From the IMG/VR virus record IMGVR_UViG_3300031237_000273, positions 2,579 through 66,578 of that record: 64,000 nt of DNA. One strand, written 5' to 3'. The stretch comes from a virus. The translations under genes and the position numbers were made by a program. The first letter of the stretch is position 1. Every line of letters begins with the position of its first letter. The notes beneath the pieces were generated by a model that did not search any database, was not told where the DNA came from, and saw nothing but the letters and a program-made list of their open reading frames with translations. This document shows positions 49,121 to 57,462 of the stretch, in pieces.

Positions 49121-51136
49121 TCAGCGTCTCTTCAGATAACCGCTGGTGGAGCTGCGGCGTTGAGGTGGCGGTGCTGCCGGTCGCGATGGCACGATCGGAG
49201 CAGTAAGTTGTGGAGCCGATGGCGGTGCAGCAACGGGTGTTGCGGGTCCGGTGACACGTTCGCCTTGAACAGGCTTGATGCCCAAGGCATCGTCGAACAG
49301 TCCGGACTGCGCCAGGGACTGACGCACGCGCTCCCAGTCGTGTTCCTTGTAACGGTTGAGGCCTAGGTAGTGCGCCATGGCCAGGCAGTACACCATCAGG
49401 TCGAGCGCTTCGTTGCGCTCGGCCTTGCCCTTGACCCACTCGATGCGCTTGTGGCCGCGCACGTAGCGGGCGACTTTGCGTTCCGCGACGCACTGGTCGA
49501 AGAAGTCGTCCGGCAGGTCATTGGCGAAGTGCAGCGCACCTGGTCCGGACTCGAATGGGTAGCGGTTGTAGATCCAGTCTTTGGCCGTGTCGGTACCGAC
49601 GAACCACAGCTCGGCGCCGTTGCGTTCGGTCTGGCCCTTCCATGTCACGTCGACCATCGACGGGCGCTGAGCAATCACCGGCTTACCGGGTTTGCTCGCG
49701 CCCTTGATGGCGAACACATTCCGCCAGCGGCGAACGCGGCAGAACTGATAGACCTCATCGGTGTGGTGGCCACCGGAGTCGACGGCTACCGCGAGAATGC
49801 CAAGGCCGACGCCGCACGGGTGGCGGTATTTTGCCTTGAGCAATTCGTCCAATGCGGCCCAGGTGCGTTCGTCTGCGGGATCACCCGAGACCACCTGGTA
49901 ATCGACGACCCAACGCTCCATGCCGACGCCCCAACCCATCGCCATGAACTCCAAGCGGTTGGCCTGGACGTCGACGGAGCCGGTGATCATCAGCACCGCC
50001 GCCGGCAGTGAGCCGAGGGTGAAACCTTCCAACCGCGCCCGCTGCCTCAGCACATCGGCTTTGGTTTGCTCTTGTGCGCTGTCCCAGACTTTCGCCAGAC
50101 GGGTGTTGTAAAACACCTGCATCGGTTCCAGGTCGCCTTTGGCCTGGGCCTTCTTGGCTTTTTCGAATTGCTTGGCCAGCGACTTCCAGTCCATCCAGCC
50201 CAGCGGCGAATACAGCGCGTTGAGGTGGAAACCCACCGTCTCGCCATCGCCTTCGGCATGGGCACGCCATTCACCTTTGGCGAGCATCTCGCCCTTGTGG
50301 TACTCATCGATCAGCACGTCGCACTCGGGCCCGGCGCACTGGTAATGCACGACACTGAAGTCCTTCGAGTAATGCAGTCGCTCCCACTCAAGGATTTGCA
50401 TGTGCCCACAGTTCGGGCACGGCACGTAGTAGTAACGCTGGTCGCTGCCCTCGAACAGGTCGGAGATCCGCGAGGCGCCCTTGATCGTCGGCGAGCTGGA
50501 GAAGTAGAACTTCGCATTGCGACCGAAGGTACTGCCCCGGGTTTCCGCCAGCTCGATAGGGTCGCCCTCTTCGCCGATGTCCACTTCCCAGCGGTCGATC
50601 TCATCACCGTAAACGTAACGCGCCGACAGCTCCGAGAGGTTGGCCGCCGAACCGGCGGTGGTCACGTACAACGACCCGCCCTCGAATTCCTTGGTGTCCA
50701 TGGTGTTGCGCGAATCCCGCGAACGGCTGGACGCCACCCGTTCGCGCAGCACCGGTGTGGCCTTGATCGTCTTGCCGATCCGCGAAGACACCCGTTTGGC
50801 CAGGCCGAGGCTCGGTAGCAGAGTCAGGATATTGGACGGCGCCATGTGGATCAGACCGCCGATCCAGTTCAAGGCGATCTGCGTTTTCATCAGCTGCGAG
50901 GCGACCATGGTGATCACGCGTTTGCAGGGGTGAGCCGGCGACAGGCAGCGCATCGGCTCGCGGGCATAGGGCGTGCGGGACGTGCGGTATTGGCCGGGCT
51001 CAGCGGCACCGGTGTCACGCGGGATACGCATGTACTCGTCGGCCCACTGATCGACCCAGACATCTGGATCCGGATGCAGCCCACGAAAATACGCCTCCCG
51101 GTACACCTCAGCACCGTCAGGGATTTCCGTGGGCAT
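49121..51136 (-). CDS. Terminase large subunit (lambda gpA family)
   Basis: RTPY, SQLMKT, DEID, SSPT, CP.CG, DVQ, DSGG, RNEALD. Confidence 0.96.
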   Translation of the reverse strand: MPTEIPDGAEVYREAYFRGLHPDPDVWVDQWADEYMRIPRDTGAAEPGQYRTSRTPYAREPMRCLSPAHPCKRVITMVASQLMKTQIALNWIGGLIHMAPSNILTLLPSLGLAKRVSSRIGKTIKATPVLRERVASSRSRDSRNTMDTKEFEGGSLYVTTAGSAANLSELSARYVYGDEIDRWEVDIGEEGDPIELAETRGSTFGRNAKFYFSSSPTIKGASRISDLFEGSDQRYYYVPCPNCGHMQILEWERLHYSKDFSVVHYQCAGPECDVLIDEYHKGEMLAKGEWRAHAEGDGETVGFHLNALYSPLGWMDWKSLAKQFEKAKKAQAKGDLEPMQVFYNTRLAKVWDSAQEQTKADVLRQRARLEGFTLGSLPAAVLMITGSVDVQANRLEFMAMGWGVGMERWVVDYQVVSGDPADERTWAALDELLKAKYRHPCGVGLGILAVAVDSGGHHTDEVYQFCRVRRWRNVFAIKGASKPGKPVIAQRPSMVDVTWKGQTERNGAELWFVGTDTAKDWIYNRYPFESGPGALHFANDLPDDFFDQCVAERKVARYVRGHKRIEWVKGKAERNEALDLMVYCLAMAHYLGLNRYKEHDWERVRQSLAQSGLFDDALGIKPVQGERVTGPATPVAAPPSAPQLTAPIVPSRPAAPPPQRRSSTSGYLKRR

Positions 51137-51140
51137 GGGT

Positions 51141-51698
51141 TTAACTCGTGGTCAGGGCGTGCTCAAGATCCGCCGAGGACAAACGTTCTGCATCCTCAAG
51201 CGAGCGACGGATAGCGGCCGTCAGGTGCTTTTCGATCTGCCAAGGGTCGGTCATGACGGCAAGTTCCGGGGCCAGTTGCGGGGGCATGCCCAGCAGTTGG
51301 TCCCGCAACAGGCGGCCTGCGTTGAAGGCGCCGGTTTCCACCGCGATACGCTCAACCAAGGTGCCCTGCTGTTTGTGGAAGTTGGCTTGCTCTTGCAGGG
51401 CCAGGTAGTGCTCGCGCAGAGCCCGAGACTTTTGGAAGTCCACCGCCTGCCCGACTTGCGGCACCGCAGGTTCTTCGACGGCGGTTTCAGCCTCCTTTTG
51501 AAGGCGAAGCCGTTCGTGTCGGTTGGCGACAGCGGCTTTGCTTGGATCGGCGGACTCGGCCAGCAGGGCTTCGGTGGCTTCCAACTCCACCTTGCCATCG
51601 TCAGTCAGTACCAACCGATCCTGATTCGCCAACTTGGAAACATACGATTTCGCCCAGCCGCGCCGTGCTGCAAACTCCGTTTTGCTGATTACAGTCAT
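51141..51698 (-). CDS. Terminase small subunit
   Basis: N-terminal HTH (SKTEFAARRGWAKSYVSKL); upstream of terL. Confidence 0.9.
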   Translation of the reverse strand: MTVISKTEFAARRGWAKSYVSKLANQDRLVLTDDGKVELEATEALLAESADPSKAAVANRHERLRLQKEAETAVEEPAVPQVGQAVDFQKSRALREHYLALQEQANFHKQQGTLVERIAVETGAFNAGRLLRDQLLGMPPQLAPELAVMTDPWQIEKHLTAAIRRSLEDAERLSSADLEHALTTS

Positions 51699-51711
51699 GA
51701 TGGAATGTCCT

Positions 51712-51876
51712 GTTCACCTAATGAATACGGAGGGTTCACCTGTTCACCCCAGTTCACTAAGCTGGTGAACTGTCCGCTAACACTTTCCCGCGGGTTTCCG
51801 ACCCCGTACCCCTTGGATAACCCCAGGGTCCCCGGCGGTTTTCGGTGCCCCGGACCGGTTCATCACCCCTGTTCAC
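51712..51876. promoter_or_regulatory. Putative cos/packaging region
   Basis: GTTCAC/GTGAAC at 51712, 51734, 51742, 51752, 51765 and 51871, around a GC-rich core upstream of terS. Confidence 0.5.
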
Positions 51877-52207
51877 CGCCGGAGGGTGGCGCTTCGCACA
51901 CGCCCAGCCGCTTGGCGGCCCAGCGTTCGTACAACCCGATGGCAACATCGGCGCCGGCCATTGCGGTCAGGCAGCCCATCGCCGAAGCAGTCCAGATCGA
52001 CACCCCGGCGGCGTGCAACAACATCATGGTGGAAAGTCCGCAACCCACGCAGGCACCGGACCGAAGTGCCAGGCGCCGTAACAATGCCCAACCTCGCGCC
52101 CCGTCCTTGTCAGCTCGCCACATCTCGCCCGACACGCCGCCAACCAGGGCCAGAACGATCACTAACCAGATCGGCATCTCTGCCAGCGTTTGCTGCTCGT
52201 TTGTCAT
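51863..52207 (-). CDS. Phage holin
   Basis: Three hydrophobic segments; LVGGVSGEMWRAD. Confidence 0.85.
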   Translation of the reverse strand: MTNEQQTLAEMPIWLVIVLALVGGVSGEMWRADKDGARGWALLRRLALRSGACVGCGLSTMMLLHAAGVSIWTASAMGCLTAMAGADVAIGLYERWAAKRLGVCEAPPSGGEQG

Positions 52208-52432
52208 CGCCCTACCCCATAAACGCAAAAACCCGGCGCAATGGCCGGGTTTGGTGTGTGGTGTCTGTCGCTCTCTGCGGCCGCACCTATCGAAGATGAC
52301 TACTTTTTACAGGTGGATTTTACTGGCAGCAACCCCACTTTAATGCCACCCGGTGAATAAGTGGGCAACGCAGGGTGAACGCCTAGGCAATGTCGGTGAA
52401 TACACCACCTCGGCTATCTGTTGCTGTTGCGT

Positions 52433-52707
52433 TGTCCCATTTGTCCCACCATTCAGAATCGAAGTGGGACGCCTGAGAGCGCCTAAATTCGGGGCGTCGC
52501 CCCACTGTCCTACTTTTTTATCTTCTTTCTCGTGTAAAGAAAGAAATTGAATAACACGCGTGCGCGCCACGGGCGCGCTAGTGCCCGCTCCGCTCACATG
52601 GGCGGGAGGCTCCAACAGGCGGGACGGTGGGACACGCCAACAACGACAAGGCCCGCGCTTGTCCCACCGCGTTGAAACGCAGTAGGACAAGGCGGGCCAG
52701 CGGGACA
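52433..52707. repeat. GTCCCAC/GTGGGAC iterons around an AT-rich core (putative origin)
   Basis: About nine copies in both orientations, flanking tttttatcttctttctc...aaagaaagaaattgaat. Confidence 0.55.
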
Positions 52708-52732
52708 ACAACAGCCGAAGTCATGCCCAGGG

Positions 52733-53098
52733 TCACGCAGCCTTCCCCATCAGCATGCCTTCGATGTTCACATGAGCCTCGTGCAAACGCAGATAGTAAG
52801 TGCGAACACTACAGGCGCAGTGCAGCAGCTTCTGCCGCATGAAGCTTTCATGGTTGCAGTAGTGTTCCCTCACCACCTGTGCCAAGCGAGGCTCCAAATG
52901 CTTGTTCACGATCAGCTCAATATCCGCCGACTCATCCAGCAGCACCCGACTGCCGCGAGTCCCCCGAATCAACTCACCTTTGCACTCCATCAGCATGGCG
53001 ATCATGTTGCCGCCACTCGCCCCGCCGAAAGACTCGGCCACCGGCGAATGCAAGTCCTCAGCCCACAGCTTGAGCATCTCATCAATTCGCTTAATCAC
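52733..53098 (-). CDS. Phage late regulator (antiterminator Q-like, tentative)
   Basis: IDEMLKLWA N-terminus, C-terminal HTH-like RTYYLRLHEAH; position before the late operon. Confidence 0.65.
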   Translation of the reverse strand: MIKRIDEMLKLWAEDLHSPVAESFGGASGGNMIAMLMECKGELIRGTRGSRVLLDESADIELIVNKHLEPRLAQVVREHYCNHESFMRQKLLHCACSVRTYYLRLHEAHVNIEGMLMGKAA

Positions 53099-55310
53099 CG
53101 AAGCAAGGCTCCTCGATCGGTTCCACCTTCAACGCCGAAGCGCCACCCCAACCTGCCGGCTTCTTATAAGCCCAAGGACGCTGCCCACTTTTCGCCAATG
53201 CAGGCAAACGCACACGCCGCCAGCCGAGACGATGCATGATTGCCCCGACACGCATCTGTTCGGGCTTGCCCCAGTGGCCAGCGTCGAGTTTGAGAGGGCC
53301 AGAAAGCACTTCGCTGCCGGTGGTGGTTTCACCGATCTGCGATTCTTCCAACCAGGTCAGGATTGGCCCTTCCCACTCATCCACCACAAAGCGTTCTTCC
53401 TGCGCCTCGGCAAAGGTCGGCGCTTCATCAGGCGTCACCCACCAGATATCGCCTGCCTCATAGCAAAACATCGCTTCAGCCCAAAGCTGATCCCGGATTT
53501 CTCGCAGCTGCTCCAGGTCGACCTTGGTACAAGCCACCGGCCAATAACGCCTGTTGCCGGTGGCGTCCTTAAGGTATTCGTCTTGGTTGGTCGTCCCCAC
53601 GAACACACACTGGCGTGGCACGTCATTCGTTCGGCGGCCGTAGCTCTCGCGGTAGGTATCGGTCGACGCTGAGAAGAACTGTTTGGCCTTGGTACTCTCA
53701 GCCTTGTTGAAGCTATCCAACTCCCCCAGCTCGACAATCCATTTGCCACGGATCGCCTGAAAGCCGTCCTTGTCGCCCAGGGCAAAGGGCGTATCCATGA
53801 ACCACTCGCCGCCGAGGATGCTCATTGCCGTCGACTTACCCGCGCCCTGCGCGCCTTCCAGAATCATCACCGAGTCAGCCTTGCAGCCGGGCCTCATTAC
53901 CCGCCCCACCGCCGATAGCATCCATCGCTTACCGACCTTGGCCGAGTAGTCGCTGGCCTGCACGCCCATGACATCGGTGAGCCAACTTTCCAACCGAGGT
54001 ACCCGGTCCCATTCGAGTTTGTGCAGGTACTCCCGCACGGGATGAAATGCATGGTCATGAGCAACAACGCTCACCGCCTCAATCACCTGAGTCGACTTAA
54101 CCCGTAGGTTGTATTGCTGCGCGAGCCACTTCATCACCCGCACGTCATCGATGTCGGCCCAGTCGCCCGTACCACCGCCATAAGGGGCAGAACGTAGCTT
54201 GACGATCTTCGAACTGAAGGCGCTGTAAGTGATCACGCCGGCCCAGCGTTCGTCGTTGCCAAGTATCAGCTCAACGTTCTGCATGTGGGCAATCAGGGCG
54301 CCGCTTTCGGCGCGAGCCAATTGGTCTTTCCATCCACCCGCTGCCGGCGGCTTGACCACCGCCAACACCTGACGCCGGACCGCCTCCAAGCCTTCGGCGA
54401 CGTGCAAATCATTGAAGTCCGTCCACTTGTCTTCCCGTTCACCGGAGAAGATCGGGGCAACCACCTGGCCCCCGACGATCAAGGCGGCGTTGTTCGCCTT
54501 CTCTTCACCGGGGTTCCAAGCATCACCATTCGGGCGTTTCGTCTTCCAGTCATCATCCCGGCAGACGATCAGCGGGCAACCCGGAAAGCGTTCTCGCATC
54601 GCCTTGCACACCACCAGCAGATTGCCCGCATCGAAGGCGATGGCCACCGTCAGCGAGGTCGCCATATGCAGGCTGGCGCCCGTGGCGTAGCCCTCGCATA
54701 CAAGCACTGGTTCCCCCGGCTCAGGATGAGGCCCGATCAGGTGAAAGGCGCCCTCTTTCGACATTCCGTAAGGCCAGTAGGACTTATCCCGGCCGGTGTC
54801 TTCCTGCTTAGCTGGAAAGACCACCTGCAAGCCGACGATCTGGTCCCGCACGTTGCACATCGGCACCAAAAACGCGCCGGTGCGCGGCGCGTAACGAACA
54901 CCAAAACCGACGATCTGCTTTCGATCCAGATAGTCGCTACGGCCCTTCTCCGGCATGCGTTTGAACAGCCCCGCCGCCCGGTTCGCCGCTCGACGTGCAG
55001 CATTGGCCGCTATCTCGGCGGCGCGACGTTTGGCGTCCTCTTGGCGAGCGCGCATAACTTCACGTTCTTCAGGCGACATCCGCCCCGCCTTCACCTTAAT
55101 CTTCTGCGTTTCGCCCGAACGCCAGTCACCGAAGCTGCCAAAGATCAGCGTCTCGTCTTTTTCGGTGCGATGCTCATGGACGACATACCAACCGTTCTTT
55201 TCCTTGCCCTTGTCCTGAGTAGTCTTGCAGCGAGTCAGCTTGCCAAAAATTAGCGGCTGATCCGGCTCAAGGCCGTAGTCTGCGAATTGACCCAATACCT
55301 CATCGAGCAT
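53091..55310 (-). CDS. Toprim primase fused to VapE/VirE-type helicase
   Basis: CEGYATG, DDD Toprim, EGAQGAGKST, GTTN, TGNRRYWP; start ATG 55310. Confidence 0.93.
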   Translation of the reverse strand: MLDEVLGQFADYGLEPDQPLIFGKLTRCKTTQDKGKEKNGWYVVHEHRTEKDETLIFGSFGDWRSGETQKIKVKAGRMSPEEREVMRARQEDAKRRAAEIAANAARRAANRAAGLFKRMPEKGRSDYLDRKQIVGFGVRYAPRTGAFLVPMCNVRDQIVGLQVVFPAKQEDTGRDKSYWPYGMSKEGAFHLIGPHPEPGEPVLVCEGYATGASLHMATSLTVAIAFDAGNLLVVCKAMRERFPGCPLIVCRDDDWKTKRPNGDAWNPGEEKANNAALIVGGQVVAPIFSGEREDKWTDFNDLHVAEGLEAVRRQVLAVVKPPAAGGWKDQLARAESGALIAHMQNVELILGNDERWAGVITYSAFSSKIVKLRSAPYGGGTGDWADIDDVRVMKWLAQQYNLRVKSTQVIEAVSVVAHDHAFHPVREYLHKLEWDRVPRLESWLTDVMGVQASDYSAKVGKRWMLSAVGRVMRPGCKADSVMILEGAQGAGKSTAMSILGGEWFMDTPFALGDKDGFQAIRGKWIVELGELDSFNKAESTKAKQFFSASTDTYRESYGRRTNDVPRQCVFVGTTNQDEYLKDATGNRRYWPVACTKVDLEQLREIRDQLWAEAMFCYEAGDIWWVTPDEAPTFAEAQEERFVVDEWEGPILTWLEESQIGETTTGSEVLSGPLKLDAGHWGKPEQMRVGAIMHRLGWRRVRLPALAKSGQRPWAYKKPAGWGGASALKVEPIEEPCFGD

Positions 55311-55527
55311 GACGGGCCTCTCGCAACTCTTCGATCGATTGGCAAAGCACACACTGCGAACAACCGGGCTGCGCTAAACGACGGTCTTCAGGGATGGGAT
55401 CATCGCAACCTTCGCAGAACAGGAATGAATGCGCCGCCGAAGCAGGCTTGGCGGCGCTACGTGCAGCGAGTGCCTGATCAAGCCGCTTCTGCACCAGATC
55501 GTTGGCAAAGTCAGCGATATCAGCCAC
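55300..55527 (-). CDS. TraR/DksA C4-type zinc-finger protein
   Basis: GTG start MADIADFAND; CEGC..PIPEDRR...CVLCQ. Confidence 0.88.
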   Translation of the reverse strand: MADIADFANDLVQKRLDQALAARSAAKPASAAHSFLFCEGCDDPIPEDRRLAQPGCSQCVLCQSIEELREARHAR

Positions 55528-56038
55528 GGTCGACACCCCGCGTTGTTTGATTAACGTAGGTAGCGCGGTTGAACATCCCCAGCAGCCCTTGAATACCGCG
55601 AAACACCTGCAGGCGAATCGCAGCCAGCTCGTGGTCCGTGACCACGCCGTCGCCGATACTCTTGGCCCATGTCTCGGCCAAATCCGCAACCTGCCGAAAA
55701 TATTCAGCAATGCCGGTGGTCAAGGTTTCAGGCATGTCGTTGGTGTACGCCTCGGCTAACTCTTGCCAAGTCGTATCCCCGACCAGCGCATGCACTGCAT
55801 CCAGAATGCGACGGTCCTTGGTCAACTCCAGGATCTCGCCGAATTCCTGAATGTTCACCGTGTGGCTGGGATGGGTTGGCGACAGCTTGTGCTGCAGCGT
55901 GGTGGCGTTTCTGCCGGTGGTGGCGGCAATTGCAGCAGCGCCGCCGGGATAGTCCCGAGCAGCATGGTAAAGCGCTAAATCTAGCGGCAGGATTTCCCGC
56001 TGCGCTCGTTCTACAGAACTTAGAGCGATTCGACTCAT
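55520..56038 (-). CDS. Phage regulatory CII-family protein
   Basis: YPGGAAAIA...TLQHKLSP..HT; DGVVT..E. Confidence 0.88.
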   Translation of the reverse strand: MSRIALSSVERAQREILPLDLALYHAARDYPGGAAAIAATTGRNATTLQHKLSPTHPSHTVNIQEFGEILELTKDRRILDAVHALVGDTTWQELAEAYTNDMPETLTTGIAEYFRQVADLAETWAKSIGDGVVTDHELAAIRLQVFRGIQGLLGMFNRATYVNQTTRGVDRG

Positions 56039-56096
56039 GGCATTAATCCTTAAGGTTGCCAGTGCCGCGCGACATGCAGTGGTGATACATTTGCCG

Positions 56097-56363
56097 CGTG
56101 GCTTGAAAGGGCCCAAACGCCGGCTAGATCTTCAGGATCGTCACCGGCACCGTGCCGAGGCGAACAATCCGTTGTTCACCCCTGGCGCAACAGCTGCCCA
56201 ATCTGTGGTGGAAAAGGCAGCAACACCAAGGCATCCGTGCCTTAGAAAGCGCAGTAAAGAGAGGTGGTTAGCATGTGGTGTGCCGCCTATCCTTACCGCG
56301 ACCCGACAGCGCTGTGGTGGTGCGTGCCGGGAGGAACTGGGCGGCCTTTGGGTCGCCTTTTTT
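56097..56363 (+). ncRNA. Putative multi-hairpin trans-acting antisense RNA
   Basis: Extended -10 TGaTACATT 56083-56091; six consecutive stems (two UCCG tetraloops, three TGTGGTG loops); terminator gggcggcc-tttg-ggtcgcc-T6. Confidence 0.6.
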
Positions 56364-56372
56364 CTGACTATG

Positions 56373-56633
56373 CTATTCAACTAACTTCTTTGGTGCAGAT
56401 GCATCGAGCAGCCAAGTGGGCTCAAACGAGTGGCCCCTTTGCTTTGCGGCTGTTGCCAGAAGCACCGAGTATTGAGTTTCACCGGTGTAGTCGGTCCGCG
56501 GCAGGCTTGCAGTCTGACGCCACTTATTCAATGCCTGATAACTCCTGTCACAAACCTTCGCGGCGGCCCCGATGCCGCCTACTGCTTCAAAAGCGAACGC
56601 AATAGCGTTCGGAAAATCCGCGGGGTCCAACAT
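56373..56633 (-). CDS. cro: Cro-like protein
   Basis: AVGGIGAAAKVC.RSYQALNKW; divergent from the repressor. Confidence 0.85.
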   Translation of the reverse strand: MLDPADFPNAIAFAFEAVGGIGAAAKVCDRSYQALNKWRQTASLPRTDYTGETQYSVLLATAAKQRGHSFEPTWLLDASAPKKLVE

Positions 56634-56647
56634 GGCAACCTCCTTTT

Positions 56648-56721
56648 ATCAACCTAGAGTTGATATTAAACATCAACTGACTATTGCGCAAGCTCCATGG
56701 CACTCTCAACTCATGGTTGAT
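56648..56721. promoter_or_regulatory. Repressor operators (OR-like), TCAAC-N5-GTTGA
   Basis: atcaacctagagttgat 56648, atcaactgactattgcg 56672, ctcaactcatggttgat 56705 (overlaps the cI ATG). Confidence 0.75.
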
Positions 56722-57444
56722 AAAAACGAATTACGCGCCGCTTTTAGCGCGCGACTACATGAAGCACTCAACGATGCGGGCGTACGCGGCCGTGGACGGG
56801 GGGTGGACATCCATCGAAAATTGAAAAGTCTAGGGGTAGACAAGACTACTCAAGCGGTTAGCAAGTGGCTTAACGGCGAAGCTATGGCAGAAGCAGATAG
56901 CATGGTCGCGCTATGTTCTTGGTTAAAAGTGCGTAGGGAGTGGCTTGAGTACGGCGTTTTGCCAAAGCAACAAACCGGTGAGAGCAATGTTCATCAGCTG
57001 GTGGCCGATGAGGAAAGCAACATTAGCGAAATCAACCAACGCTTTGGCAAAGTTCCACTGATTTCTTGGGTTCAGGCAGGCGCTTGGTGCGAGGCCATTT
57101 CTAATTTTGAGTCCTATGATACTGACTCTTGGCTTTCCTGCCCTGTACCGATCAGCAATCACGGATTCGCATTGAGAGTACTTGGTGATTCGATGACAAA
57201 TCCAGGACCCGGAAGAAGCTACCCTACAGGTTGCATTATTTTTGTTGATCCTGAAGCGGAAACAAAGACAGGGGACCGAGTGATCGCCCGAGTCTCCCGT
57301 ACCAACGAGGCGACTTTCAAAATTCTAGTAGAAGATGCTGGGCGCCAATTTCTGCGACCGATAAATCCGCAGTACCCAATAATCGAAATTACTGAAGAAA
57401 CTCATATATGCGGCAAGGTGGTGGGCTCCTTCATCCCTGAATAA
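56713..57444 (+). CDS. cI: CI-like repressor (HTH + S24 peptidase)
   Basis: QAVSKWLNGE HTH, VPLISWVQAG cleavage site, GDSM, TFK. Confidence 0.95.
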   Translation: MVDKNELRAAFSARLHEALNDAGVRGRGRGVDIHRKLKSLGVDKTTQAVSKWLNGEAMAEADSMVALCSWLKVRREWLEYGVLPKQQTGESNVHQLVADEESNISEINQRFGKVPLISWVQAGAWCEAISNFESYDTDSWLSCPVPISNHGFALRVLGDSMTNPGPGRSYPTGCIIFVDPEAETKTGDRVIARVSRTNEATFKILVEDAGRQFLRPINPQYPIIEITEETHICGKVVGSFIPE

Positions 57445-57462
57445 GCCCACGCCTGCAATAAA

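Noticed and set aside
30164-55253. Many long + strand ORFs (e.g. 32009-33553, 34580-35698, 46305-47483, 54285-55253)
   Set aside because: Antisense shadows of GC3-rich phage genes, with no motifs
56141-56605. ORFs 56141-56380 (-) and 56264-56605 (+)
   Set aside because: No motifs; the region is better explained by the structured RNA and cro
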